A DNA stretch of 64,000 bases, from assembly GCA_030390025.1 (NCBI GenBank), contig CM059431.1, positions 140,308,001-140,372,000 of the forward strand, given 5' to 3'. Origin of the DNA: Squalus acanthias (Eukaryota). Below are positions 48,850 to 62,048 of the stretch, piece after piece. Within the stretch, counting starts at the first letter, position 1; each line of letters starts with the position of its first letter. Below the pieces are notes generated by a model. It was given only the letters and a program-made list of their open reading frames with translations, did not search any database and had not been told where the DNA came from. The position numbers and the translations under genes are program-made.

Positions 48850-51800
48850 TCCCTATCCTGCAGCTCCTGTGAGGTATTTCCCCAATGGCTGCAGCTTATG
48901 AACTGGAACGCTGCTGAATGACCATTGTGGAGACGTCAGATGGCTGTGATGGGTGACCTCGAGCAGATCTGTGCCTAGAATGGCCGGCTGCAGACTGTGG
49001 CATCTTGACGTGGACCCAGGTGGCTGTGTGGCACTAACAGGAGCACTGGTGGACTGGCTGCTGGGGAGCAGACATGCTGTCCTCCTGAGAGATGACAGCA
49101 GGTGCCTCTCCCTTGGAGCCAAGGCCATCCTCCTGGGACTGTGCCTCAGCACTCCTAGCAGCAATGAGAGATGCCATGAAAGATGCCAGCAGAAGCTCCA
49201 TCATGGTGGGTGCCTCTGGTGTGCTGATGGAGCTGATCACTCAGCCCATATTGCACAGAGTGGGCTCCATGGCTGCGCAAAGCCGTGACACAAGTTGGGG
49301 CTGGACACCTCTATGCTCTGCAGCATTGTGCATAAGCTCACTGGCAGGCGGCCCAGTGCACCGAGCGTTTCCTGTATATGTCTTCTTCGGTAGGCGGGCC
49401 CCTCGAAGTCAGTATCTGAGTCCACTGCAGCAAAGCTAGAATGCGATCTCGCCCTCCAGGGTGCATGTGCCAAATCCTCCATCCCCATCTTTTTTTTACA
49501 TAAGAAGTAGGAGCAGGAGTAGGCCATACGACCCTTCGGGCCTGCTCCGCCATTCAATAGGATCATGGCTGATCCGAACCTAGACTCACGTCCACTTCCC
49601 TGCCCGCTCCCCATAACCCTTAATTCCCGTATCAGCTAGGAAACTGTCTATATCCGTTTTAAATTTATTTAATGTCGCAGCTTCCACAGCTCTCTGAGGT
49701 AGCAAATTCCATAGATTTACTACCCTCTGAGTGAAGAAGTTTCTCCTCATCTCAGTTTTGAAACGGCAGCCCCTTATTCTAAGATTATGCCCCCTAGTTC
49801 TAGTCTCACCCATCAGTGGAAACATCCTCCCCGCATCCACCCGATCAAGCCCTCTCACAATCTTATATGTTTCGATAAGATCGCCTCTCATTCTTCTGTA
49901 TTCCAATGAGTAGAGGCCCAACCTACTCAACCTTTCCTCATAAGTCAACCCCCTCATCTCCGGAATCAACCGAGTGAACCTTCTCTGAACTGCCTCTAGA
50001 GCAAGTATATCTTTTCTTAAATATGGAAACCAAAACTGTACGCAGTATTCCAGGTGTGGCCTCACCAGTACCCTGTATAGCTGAAGCAATACTTCCCTGC
50101 TTTTATACTCCATCCCCCTTGCAATAAAAGCCAAGATTCCATTGGCCTTCCTGATCACCTGCTGTACCTGCATACTAACCTTCTGTGTGTCATGCACCAG
50201 GACACCCAGATCCCTTTGTACTGTAGCACTTTGCAGTTTCTTGCCATTTAGATAATAACTTGCTCTTTGATTTTTTTCTGCCAAAGTGCATAACCTCACA
50301 CTTTCCAACATTATATTCCATCTGCCAAATTTCTGCCCACTCACTTAGCCTGTCTATGTCCTTTTGCAGGTTTTTTTATGTCCTCCTCACTCACTGCTTT
50401 CCCTCCCATCTTTGTATCGTCTGCAAACTTGGATACATTGCACTTGGTCCCCTCCTCCAAATCGTTAATATAGATTGTAAAGAGTTGGGGTCCCAGCACT
50501 GACCCCTGCGGAACACCACTAGTTACTGATTGCCAACCCGAGAATGAACCATTTATCCCAACTCTCTGTTTTCTGTTAGATAGCCAATCTTCCACCCATG
50601 CCAGTATATTACCCCCAATCCCGTGATTTTTTATCTTGTGCAGTAATCTTTTGTGTGGTACCTTGTCAAATGCCTTTTGGAAGTCCAAATACACCACATC
50701 CACTGATTCACCTTTATCCAACTTGTTTGTTACGTCCTCAAAGAATTCGAGCAAATTTGTCAAGCATGATTTCCCCTTCATAAAACCATGCTGACTCTAT
50801 CCGATTAAGTTATGCTCATCCAAATGTCCTGTTACTGCTTCCTTAATAATGGACTCCAACATTTTACCAACCACAGATGTTAGGCTAACTGGTCTATAGT
50901 TTCCAGCCTTTTGTCTACCTCCCTTTTTAAATAAGTGTGTTACATTAGCAGTTTTCCAATCTGCTGGGACCTTTCCCGAATCCAGGGAGTTTTGGAAAAT
51001 TACCACCAATGCATCCACAATCCCTACCGCAACTTCTCTCAAGACCCTAGGATGTAAGCCATCAGGTCCAGGGGATTTATCCGCCTTAAGTCCCATTATC
51101 TTACCGATTACCATCTCCTTAGTGATTTTAATCGTGTTTAGCTCTTCTTGACAATCACCATGTGAGGACCCCTTATCTAGACTAGCCTCTAAAGTACAGG
51201 TGGTGCCAGCATCTGAGCTGCTGCTTGCGATGGTTAGCTCGACTAATGTTGCATCCCCAGGAAGACTGTCCTCTTGTTCCTCTACTGGCAGAAGGATGTC
51301 CACAACTTCAGCATTTGAACTGAAAGAGACAGCCAATTGTTATATTTTATTTTAAAGTTGGAGCAGAGAGAGATAGAGAGAGAGAGAGAGACGTTTCTGG
51401 TGAAAGCATCTGGAGTTTGTCGTACACAGTGTCAGGGTGAAATAGATGTAAGAAGCGAAAAATAGGAAAAAATGTGAGAAAATCTGCAACGTTTCCTCCA
51501 GTGATGCCAGTCGCCACGGACATGGCTCTGTCCCTGCCGGTGATAGTCAGTACATATTCTCTGCGGGGGGAGAGTGTGTGCCGACAGGCTCGGCCTCTTC
51601 TGGTGACAGCTTCCTGTCTCAAGTCCACTTCAACTTCTGCAAGAAAGAAGGGAATGTTTTCGTAAAATTCTTGTGAGGTGTTTGAAAATGCGCATGTCAT
51701 GGTAGAAAAGCTGGTATGCAGCGTGTGAGATGTTAGATTTGGGGTGTGTGACTTTGAGGGGAAGGATATATAGTGAAGTGTCGTGCAGCGTTTGTAGGGG

Positions 51801-51985
51801 GCTGTAACGAAGTGGGTAGGGTAGTATTATGAGTGTAGTGAGTAGTGAGGCTGGCGATGGGGGAGGTGTGAGCAGAGAGTAGGAGAGCGGCGTTCTTACC
51901 TTGACAACTCCAATGGGGTCATTACGGAACCGCAGCCATATCCTGGGAGCTAAGCCTCCAGCACTGCTAAAAATAACAGGGAGGT
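48850..51985 (-). mobile_element. Second Harbinger-like remnant, split by a CR1 insertion
   Basis: The reverse complement of 51895-51945 reads ..FRNDPIGVVK|GTAAG, like a Myb-domain end with a donor. Flanks 48850-49490 and 51150-51985 look like low-complexity transposon ORF remnants. Confidence 0.4.
49497..51146 (-). mobile_element. Young 5'-truncated CR1 (RT + 3' UTR)
   Basis: ORFs 50797-51336 (CR1 part KSPGPDGLHPRVL..NYRPVSLTS), 50341-50781 and 49586-50344, with few disruptions. Confidence 0.93.
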
Positions 51986-53080
51986 GTATAACATTATGTG
52001 GAGCTTAGATAGTGTGGATATGAAGCACCTGTTTCGCTAGAAGAGAGGTCAATAACCAGGGGGCAGAGATTTATAGTAATTGGTAGAAGGATTAGAGGGG
52101 AATTGAGTACTTTTTTCTCCCAGAGGGTGCTGGGGGTCTGGAACTCACTGCCTGAGAGGGTAGTAGAGGCAGAAACCCTCATTGCATTTAAAAAGGACTT
52201 GGATGTGCACTTGAGGTGCCATGAACTGCAAGGCTACGGACCAAGAGCGGGAAAGTGGGATTAGGCTGGATAGCTCTTTATCGACCGGCACAGGCACGAT
52301 GAGCCGAATGGCCTACTTCTATGCTGTAAACAATTATAATTCTCTGATTCCTTGACTTCGGCCACCTCTTCTCACTGTCGATGGTATTGATGACTGGAGG
52401 GTTTCTTGCCCACTGGGGGACAGAGCATGTCCCTCCACTTGTCCACTGCCACTACCAGATCCTCTAGGGCATTAACGGGCACGATCTAAGAACATAATAA
52501 ATAGGAGCAGGAGTAGGCCATTTGGTCCTTCGAGCGTGTTCCGCCATTCAATAAGATCATGGCTGATCTTCTACCTCATCTACATTTTCCTGAACTATCC
52601 CCATATCCCTTGAATCCCTTAATAACCAAACATCTTTCGATCTCTGTCTTGAATGTACTCAACGACTGACCCTCCACAGCCTTCCAGGGTAGAGAATTCC
52701 AAAGATTCACCACCCTCTGAGAGAAGAAATTACTCCTCATCTCAGTTCTAAATTTCCGACCCTTATTCTGAGACTGTGACCCCACTGGTTCTAGACTCCC
52801 CAGCCAGGGGAAACATCCTCCCTGCATCTGCCCGGTCAAGCTCTATAAGAATGTTTTTATGTTTCAATGAGATCACCTCTCATTCTTCTAAACGCTAGAG
52901 AATATAGGCTTGGTCTACTTAATCTCTCCTCATAGGACAATCCCCACTCCCTCTATGGCAAGTATATCCTTCGTTAGGTGAGGAGACCAAAACTGTACAC
53001 AATACTCCAGGTGTGGTCTCACCAGGGCCGTATATAATTGCAGTATGACATCTTTACTCTTATAGCCAAATCCTCTTGAT
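51985..53080. mobile_element. Two CR1 3'-end fragments (+ 51985-52345; - 52487-53080)
   Basis: WNSLP-type C-termini and CR1 3' UTRs in opposite orientations. Confidence 0.8.
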
Positions 53081-53926
53081 CATTCCTCATCTTAAATTCC
53101 TGATGCCGTTAATCATCTTTCTTAATTCCATTCCATTCCTAGTCTTTTAAATAGACGCATGGCAGGTGGAAAGTCCAGGACGCTTCACGTAGCCTGGACG
53201 ACCACATGTGCAGGAAGTGTCACCAGCTACGTCAGCTCGAGATCCGTGTTTCAGAGCTTGAGCGGCAGCTGGAGTCACTGCGGTGCATCCGCGAGGCTCA
53301 GAGTTACGTGGATAGCAGATTTCTGGAGGTTGTCACCCCGCAGCTTAAGAGTGTGCATAGAAACATTGAAAAATAGGAGCAGGAGTAGGCCATTCGGCCC
53401 TTCGAGCCTGCTCCGCCATTCAATATGATCTTCTCTGATCCTCTATCTCAATACCATATTCCCGCTCTCTCCCATACCCCTGATGCCTTTTGTGTGTAGA
53501 AATCTATCTATCTCCTTCTTAATATATTTAGTGACTTGGCTCCACAGCCTTCTGTGGTAGAGAATTCCAAAGAATCTGAGTGAAGAAATTTCTCCTCATC
53601 CCAGTCCGTAATGTCCTGCCCCGTATCCAGAGACTGTGACCCCTCGTTCGAGACCCTCCAGCCATGGGAAACATCTTCCCTGCATCCAGTCTGTCTAGCA
53701 CTGTCCGAATTTTATACGTTTCAATGAGATCCCCTCTCATTCTTCGAAACTGAAGTGAATACAGGCCAAATGGATCCAATCTCTTCTCATACGACAGGCC
53801 TGCCATCCCAGGAATCAGTCTGGTGAACCTACGCTGCACTCCCTCTATGGTAAGTACATCCTTTCTTAGATAAGGAGATCAAAATTGCACGCAGTACTCC
53901 AAGTGTGGTCTCACCAAGGCCCTGTA

Positions 53927-56900
53927 AACATAGAAACATAGAAACATAGAAGAGAGGAGCAGGAGTAGGCCATTCGGTCCCTCGAGCCTGCTCCGCCATT
54001 CAATATGATCATGGCTGATCAACCAAATTCAGTACCCTGTCCCTGCTTTCTCCCCATATCCTTTGATCCCCATAGCCTTAAGAAATATATCTAACTCCTT
54101 CTTGAATATATTTAATGAATTGGCCTCAACTGCCTTCTGTGGTAGAGAATTCCACAGGTTCACCACTCTCTGGGCGAAGAAATTCCTCCTCATCTCAGTC
54201 CTAAATGGCTTACCCCTTATCCTTAGACTGTGACCCTTGGTTCGGGAACAGCCTTCCTGCATCTAGTCTGTCTAGTCCTGTTAGAATTTTAAAAGTTTCA
54301 ATGAGATCCCCTCTCATTCTTCTAAACTCTAGCGAATATAAGCCTAATCGACCCAATCTCTCTTCATACGTCATTCCTGCCATCCCAGGTATCAGTCTGG
54401 TGAATCTCCGCTGCACTCCCTCCATGGCAAGAACATCCTTCCTCAGATAAGGAGACCAAAACTGCACACAATACTCAAGGTGTGGTCTCACCAAGGCCCT
54501 GTACAACTGCAGCAAGACATCCTTGCTCCTGTACTCGAATCCTCTCGCTATGAAGGCCAACATATAATTTGCCTTCTTAACCGCCTGCTGCACCTGCATG
54601 CTTACCTTTAGCGACTGGTGCACAACGACACCCAGGTCTTGTTGCACATCCACTTTTCCCAATCTATTGCCGTTCAGATAATAATCTGCTTTCCTGTTTT
54701 TGCCACCAAAGTGGATAACCTCGCATTTATCCACATTATACTGCAACTGCAATGCATTTGCCCAATCACCCAACCTGTCCAAATCATACTGGAGTTTATC
54801 TGCATCCTCCTCACAGCACACACGCCCACCCAGCTTTGTGTCGTCTGCAAACTTGGAGATATTACATCTAGTTCCCTCGTCTCGATCATTAATATATATT
54901 GTGAATAACTGGGCTCCTAGCACCGATCCCTGCGGTACCCCACTAGTCACTGCCTGCCACTCGGAAAAAGACCCGTCACTTCCAACTCTTTGCATCCTGT
55001 CTGCAAAACAGTTTTCTATCCAAGTCAGTACCTTACCCCCAATCCCATGTGCTTTAACTTTTGCACACTAATCTCTTATGCGGGACCTTATCGAAAGCCT
55101 TCTGAAAGTCCAAATACACCACATCCACTGGTTCTCCCTTATCTATTCTACCAGTTACAGCCTCAAAAAATTCCAGTAGATTAGTCAAGTATGATTTACC
55201 TTTTGTAAATCCATGTTGACTTTGTCCGATACTGTCACTGTTATCCAAGTGCTCTGCCATTACATCTTTTATAATGGCCTCTAGCATTTGCCCCACTACC
55301 GATGTCAGGCTTACCGGTCTATGATTCCCCGTTTTCTCTCTACCACCTTTTTTAAATAGTGGGGTTACATTAGCTACCCTTAAATCCATGGGAACTGTTC
55401 CAGAGTCTATAGAATTTTGGAAGATGACCAGCAATGCATCTACTATTTCTCGGGCCACTTCCTTAAGTACCCTAGGATGTAGATTATCAGGCCCTGGGGA
55501 TTTATCGGCCTTCAATCCCGTCAATTTCCCTAACACCACTTCCCTACAAATACTGATTTCATTCAGTTCCTCCCTCTCATTAGACCCTATGTTCCCCGAC
55601 ATCTCTGGGAGTTTATTTGTGTCCTCAGTTGTGAAGACAGAACCAAAGTATGTATTTAATTGGTCTGCCATTTCTTTGTTTCACATTATAAATTCCCCTG
55701 ATTCTGACTGCAAGGGACCTACGCTTGCCTTCACCAATCTTTTTCTCTTCACAATCTATAGAAGCTTTTACAGTCAGTTTTTATGTTCCCTGCAAGCTCA
55801 CTCTCATATTCTATTTTCCCCCTCTTAATTAATCCCTTTGTCCTCCTTTGCTGAATCCTAAACTGCTCCCAAACCTCAGGTTTGCTGCTTTTTCTGGCCA
55901 ATTTATATGTCCTCTCCTTGGATCTTATGCTATCCCTAATTTCTCTTGTTAGCCACGGTTGAGTTACCATTTTTGTTTTATTTTTCATGCCAAACAGGGA
56001 TGAACAAATTCTGCAGTTCATCCATGCAATCTTTAAATGTTTGCCATTGCCTATCCACCGTCAACCCTTTAGGTAACATTCCCCAATCCATCCTAGCAAC
56101 TCGCGCCTCATACCATCGTAGTTTCCTTTATTTAAATTCAGTACCCTAGTCTCTGAGTCAACTACTACTTCACTCTCCATCTTAATGAAGAATTCTATCA
56201 TATTATGATCGCTCCTCCCCAAGGGGCCTCGCACAGCAAGATTGCTAATTAATCCTTTCTCATTGCATAATACCCAGTCTAAGTTGGCCTGATCTCTAGT
56301 TGGTTCCTCAACATATTGGTCCAGGAAAACATCCCGTATACACTCGAGGAATTCCTCTTCCACAGTATTGTTACTAATTTGGTTAGCCCAATCTATATGT
56401 AGATTAAAGTCACCCATGATAACTGCTGTGCCCTTATTGCACGCTTCCTTATTTACCGTTTAATGCCATCCCCAACCTCAGCATTACTGTTCGGGGGTCT
56501 GTATACAACTCCCACTAACGTTTTCTGCCCCTTGGTATTTCTCAGCTCTACCCATACAGATTCCACATCATCAGAGCTAATATCCTTCCGTACTATTGTG
56601 TTAATCTCCTTTTTAACCAGCAGTGCTACCCCACCTCCTTTTCCTTTTTGCCTGTCCTACCTGAATATTGAATACCCCTGGATGTTGAATTCCCAGCCTT
56701 GGTCACCCTGGAGCCATGTCTCTGTAATCCCAATTATATCATATCCGTTTACATCTATTTGCGCAGCTAATTCATCAACATTGTTACGAATGCTCCTCAC
56801 ATTAAGACAGAAAGCCTTCAGGCTTGTTTTTTTAACACTCTTAGACTTTTTAGAATTATTGTTTACTGTGGCCATGTTTGATTTACACCCTTGATTTCTC

Positions 56901-58363
56901 TGACTTCCACTTTTGCTTTGCTCCTTCCTGTCTTTTGCTTCTATCCTTGCTTCCCTTTCCTCTGTCTCCCTGCACAGGTTCCCAACCCCCTGCCATTTTA
57001 GTTTAAACCCTCCCCAACTGCACCAGCAGACACGCCCCCTGGGACGTCGGTCCCGGTCCTGCCCAGGTGCAAACCATCCACATTGTATTGGTCCCACCTC
57101 CCCCAGAACCGTTTCCAATGTCCCAGGAATTTGAATTCCTCCACCTTGCACCATTCTTCTAGCCACATATTCATTTGAAATATCCTTCTATTTCTACTCT
57201 GACTAGTACGTGGCACTGGTAGCAATCCTGAGATTACTACCTTTGAGGTCCTATTTTTTAATTTACCTCCTAACTCCCTATATTCAGCGTTTAGGACCTC
57301 ATCCCGTTTTTTAACTATATCGTGGGTACCTATATGCACCACGACAACAGGCTGTTCACCCTCCCCCTCCAGAATGCCCTGCAGTCGCTCCAAGACATCC
57401 TTGACCCTTGCACCAGGGAGGCAACATACCATCCTGGAGTCTCGTTTGCTGCCGCAGAAACGCCTATCTATTCCCCTTACAATAGAATCCCTTATCACTA
57501 TAGCTCTCCCGCTTTTTTTCCTCCCGTCCTGTGCAGCAGAACCACCCATGGTGCCAGGAAGTTGGTTGCTGCTGCCTTCCCCCGATAAGCCATCTCTCCC
57601 AACAATATCCAAAGCGGTATATCTGTTTGAGAGGGGGATGGCCACAGGGGAAACCTGCATTACCTGCCTGCGCTTACTACTCTGCCTGGCGGTCACCCAT
57701 TCCCTTCCTGCCTGTGCAGCCATTAGCTGCGCTGTGACCAAAAAATTAAACGTGATATCCACGACGTCCTCAGCAATGCGGTCGGCCAGTAGCTGCAGCT
57801 GGATACACTTCCTGCACACATGGTCGTCAGGGACACAGGAAGTGTCCCTGATTTCCCACATAATGCAGGAGGAGCATGCCACGGGGCCGAGCTGTGCTGC
57901 CATGACTTACCCTTTAATTAATTTGAATTAAATTAAATCAAATTCATACCACAAATTACACTACAATTAAATGATATAATCAAGGGCCCTTGTTTACTAG
58001 CACTCCCCGCTACAGAACAGAGACCTTAGAAACTATAACCACAAAATTAAGACCTTCTAAACTTTATAAACTATTAAACTTAACTGTCAAACTATAGAGT
58101 AGTATACATACTCATCTGGCTGTACTCACCCAATCAGCTGCTTCCTCTTGCCCGCGTCACTTTTTGAATCGTGACGTGGCTCTGGAATGCCGCCGCTGGT
58201 CTGCGAGATTGGTAAGCCTCAGAAAAAAAGCCCGCGAAAGTGAGTTTAAATACTCACTGTACCGTCGCTCTCTCCACTCCCGACATCGGCCTCTGCAAAA
58301 AAAGCCCGGGAAAGCGAGTTTAAATAATCACTGTACCGTCGCTCTCTCCGCTCCCGACACCGG
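53927..58363 (-). mobile_element. Full-length CR1 LINE (5' UTR, ORF1, frameshifted ORF2 APE+RT, 3' UTR, (TTCTATGT)n tail)
   Basis: ORF1 56998-57903, and ORF2 pieces 56657-57166 (IIGITETW), 56061-56417 (GDFN..SDH), 55054-55671 and 54210-54995 (FADDTK). CCTGTA direct repeat at 53921-53926 / 58364-58369. Confidence 0.93.
56998..57903 (-). CDS. CR1 ORF1p (N-terminal Cys zinc finger + SGNH/GDSL esterase-like domain), 301 aa open frame
   Basis: CSSC..CRKC, RDSIVRG (block I), VVVHIGTHD (block III) and DGLHL (block V). Confidence 0.88.
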   Translation of the reverse strand: MAAQLGPVACSSCIMWEIRDTSCVPDDHVCRKCIQLQLLADRIAEDVVDITFNFLVTAQLMAAQAGREWVTARQSSKRRQVMQVSPVAIPLSNRYTALDIVGRDGLSGEGSSNQLPGTMGGSAAQDGRKKSGRAIVIRDSIVRGIDRRFCGSKRDSRMVCCLPGARVKDVLERLQGILEGEGEQPVVVVHIGTHDIVKKRDEVLNAEYRELGGKLKNRTSKVVISGLLPVPRTSQSRNRRIFQMNMWLEEWCKVEEFKFLGHWKRFWGRWDQYNVDGLHLGRTGTDVPGGVSAGAVGEGLN

Positions 58364-60859
58364 CCTGTATAACTGTAGTAAGACATCGTTGCTCCTCTAC
58401 ACAAATCCTTTTGCAATGAAGGCCATCATACCATTTGTGTTCCTAACTGCTTGCTGCACCTGCATGTTTGCTTTCAGTGACTGGTGTACAAGGATATCCA
58501 GGTCCCTCTGTAAATCAACATTTCACAATCTATCACCATTTAAATATTACTCTGCCTTTCTGTTTTTCCTACCAAAGTGGATAACTTCAAATTTATCCAC
58601 GTTATACTCCATCTGCAATGTATTTTCCCACTCACTCAACTTGTCTAAATCGCCTTGATGACTCCTTGCATCCCGCTCATAATTCAAGCAGGCAGATAGG
58701 GAATTTTTTGACCGCCAGACAGAATAGGGGAACCAAGCAGGTAATGCAGGAGTCCCCAGAGTGCATCTTGCTCCCCAACCGCTATTCTGATCTGAGTACT
58801 GGTGAGGGCGATGGTTCCTCTGTCGAGTGCAGCCAGAGTCAGATCCAATGCATCACTGGTGGTTCAGCTGCACGGGGTGGAAAAAAGTGTGGAAGAGCAA
58901 CAGTGGTAGGAGATTCGATAGTTAGGCGAGCAGACAGGCGTTTCTGCGGCCGTAGACGTTACTCCAGGATGGTATGTTGCCTCCCTGGTGCCAGCATCAA
59001 GGCTGTCACTGAGCGGCTGCAGAACACACTGAGGAGGGAGGGTGAACAGCCAGATGTCGTTGTCCATATTGGTACCATAGACATAGGGAGAAAGAGGGAT
59101 GAGGTCCTGAAGGCAGAGTTTAGGGAGCTAGGAGAGAGATTAAAAAGCAGGACCTCAAATGTAGTAATCTCCAGATTAATCACGGTGCCGTACGCTAGTG
59201 AGTACAGGAATTGGAGGGTAGAACTGATAAATGCGTGGCTGGAGAGATGTTTCAGGAAGGAGGGATTTAGATTCATGAGGCATTGGGACCGTTTCTGCGG
59301 AAGGTGTGACCTGTACAAGCCGGACGGGTTAAACTTCATGTGCACCAGCACCAGCATATAGGTGCATATAAGAGGGATAATGTGCTTGAAAGAATGAGTA
59401 TGTTGCATAGTACTAGAGAAGAAAGTATTACTAGAGGCGGAAGTAGTAACATATTAGATAGGAGCAGACTAAAAATGAATACGTAAAAATCAAAAGTGTG
59501 TTTAGAATGTATGTACATAAACGCACAAAGTGTGCTGAATAAGTTTGGTGAGCTACAAGCACAATTAGCCGTGTGGCAATATGATGTTGTGGCAATAACG
59601 GAAACGTGGCATACAAACGGTGAGGACTGGGCACTTAATATTCAAGGATACAAGATGTTCAGAAAAGGTAGTGAAGGAGAAAATGGAGGTGGGGTGGCAG
59701 TGCTGATTAAGGAAGACATTGTAGTTTGGAAACGGAGGATGTTCTTGAGGGGACAAGGACAGAATCCATTTGGTTAGAGTTGAGGAGCAAAAAGGCTATG
59801 ATCACGCTATTGTGGGTATTCTATACTCCTTCAAATAGTGAGAGAGGTAGAGGAGCAGATAGGTAGAAGAGCTATAGAGTGGTGATATTGGGGGACTTTA
59901 ATTATCCAAATATCGATTGGGATAATGCTAGGGTAAAGGGAAAGGAGGGGGAGGAATTTCTGAATTGTGTTCAGGAGAATTTCCTTGACCAGTATGTTCT
60001 TGGCCCAACTAGGAAGGAGGCATTGCTGGATCTGGTGCTGGGGAATGAGGTGGTCCAGGTCGACCAAGTGTCTGTGGGAGAACACTTGGGTACGAGTGAT
60101 CATCGTATCATATGTTTTAGATTAGCAATGGAGAGGAGCAAGGAACATTCTGGAGTGGAACTTCTGAACTGGAATATAACCAACTTCAATGGGATGTGAA
60201 AGGATCTAGCCAGAGTAAAATGGAATCAAAGACTGACAGGAAAAACTGTAACGGAGCAATGGGTGATCTTTAAGGAGGGGATGTTCAAAGTACAGGCTAG
60301 GTACATTCCAAGAAGATGGAAGGGTAAGGTAACCAAAGCAAGGGCTCCTTGGCTGACGAGGGAGAAAGAGAAGATGATGAAACAAAGAAGAGGGTATATG
60401 GCGCATGTCAGGTGAATTCTTCAAGGGAGAACCAGATAAAATACAATAAGTTGTGAGGGGAAGTGAAGATGAAAATAAGATTGGCAAAGAGAGAATATGA
60501 GAGTAGAATGGCGGTTAACATAAAAGGGAACCTAAAAATCTTCTACCATCATGTAAACAGTAAGAGATACAGGGGGGTTGTGAGGAAAAACCTTTTTACG
60601 CAGCGAGTGATGAGGACCTGGAGCTCGCTGCCGACGGAATTGGTGGAAGCGGAGACACTCAATGTTTTGAAAGGAAGACTGGATAGGCACTTGAGGGAAA
60701 TAAACTTGCAGGGCTACGGGTATAGAGCGGGGGAATGGGACTGACTCGATTGCTCTGCAGAGAGCTGGCACGGACTCAATGGCCGAATGGCCTCCTACTG
60801 TGCCGTTATGACTCTATGACTATGATTCATCCAATTGCAGCAAGAGAATCGAATATCCT

Positions 60860-61935
60860 GCACATTGTTCTCTAGCCGCTCCCTCAATGTTACCTCTGGT
60901 ATCCCTCAAGGATATATCCTTGGCCCCCTCCTATTTATGATCTACATTCTGCCCCTTGGCGACATCATCCGTAAACACAATGTCACATTCCACTGAAGAG
61001 ACTCAGCTCTACCGCACCACCATCTCTCTCAGTCCCTCCACTGTCTCTGATGCGTCACGCAGCTTGTCCGACATCCAGTATTGGCTGAGCAAACACTTCC
61101 TCCTGTTAAATATTGGGCAGACCAAAGCCATTATCGTTGGTCGCGACCACAAACTCCATTCCCTAGCCATGGATTCCAACCCTCTCCTTGCCAACTGTGT
61201 GAGTCTGAACCAGACTGTTTGCAACCAAAGCATCCTATTAGATCCTGAGCTGACCTTTCGCTCCCATTCCCTCTCCATCAACAAGACCACTTACTTCCAA
61301 ATCAGTAACATTCGCTGTCTGTGCCCCTGCCTCAGCCTACCTAATGCTGAAATCCTCATCTATGCCTTTGTTATCTCCAGTCTCAATTATTCCAACACTC
61401 TAAGGCTTGTCAACCAACCACGTTCCATCCTCTGTAAATTTGAGCTTATCCAAAACTCTGCTGTGCCTATCGGAACTCGCACCGAGTCCGTTCACCCATC
61501 ACCCATAGGCTCACTGACCAATTTTAGCTCCCTGTCTGGCAAAGCCTTGATTTTGAAATTATCATCCTTGTTTTCAATCCCTCCATGACCTCATCCATCC
61601 CTATCTCTGCAATCTGCTCCAGATCTACAACCCTTCGAGATGACCGCAATCCTGAATTTTGAAATGTGTGCATCTCTGATTTTCACCTCTCCACTATTGG
61701 CGGCTGTGTTCTCAGCAGCCTCGACCCTGAACTCTGGAATTCCCTCTCCAAAGCTATCCACCTCGACTTATCGCTTTTTCACTCTTAAAATTCTAGCTTT
61801 TGCCACGCTTTTGGTTCCCGTTCTAATATTTCTTTATTTGGCTCGGTGTTTCATGTTATCTCAATACGCTCCTGCTAAGCCTCTTGGGACGTTTGTACTA
61901 AGTTAAAGGGGCTACATCAATTCAAGTTGTTGATG
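60860..61935 (+). mobile_element. L2-clade LINE 3' fragment
   Basis: GIPQG.ILGPLLF remnant at ~60898. ORF 60956-61588 TQLY..DIQYWL..LLLNIGQTKAII..LIYAFVISSLNYSN..IQNSA. Confidence 0.8.
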
Positions 61936-62048
61936 TTAATCCCCTTTTTACCTTCACAACAATATTAACATCTCCCTGTGAAATGTTAACTGGAAATGTA
62001 TAGAAATTCGCAAGAGCTCACCCAAGAACTGATCAAATATTTGGGGAA

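Larger units (their letters stand above)
53358..58687 (-). mobile_element. Middle CR1 3' fragment (53358-53926 and 58364-58687)
   Basis: The ORF2 C-terminus breaks at ACCAAGGCCCTGTA (53926) and resumes at CCTGTATAACTGTAG (58364). Confidence 0.85.
53100..60822 (+). mobile_element. Outer CR1 element (ORF1 zinc-finger/esterase, endonuclease, RT deleted, 3' UTR), split at 53357/58688
   Basis: 53159-53357 has ORF1 N-terminal DDHMCRKC..QL remnants. It resumes at 58688 (GDSIVR..VVHIGT..DGLN), followed by endonuclease motifs (VAITETW, GDFNYP, LDLVL, SDH). It jumps at ~60570 to the ORF2 end and ACTCTATG tail. Confidence 0.85.

Noticed and set aside
50797..51336. 179-aa ORF as a novel fusion protein
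   Set aside because: It reads by chance from a transposon remnant across the 5' truncation point of a CR1 insertion.
58618..59361. 247-aa esterase-like ORF as a host gene
   Set aside because: It is the C-terminal part of the outer CR1 ORF1, entered from antisense CR1 sequence at the nesting junction.
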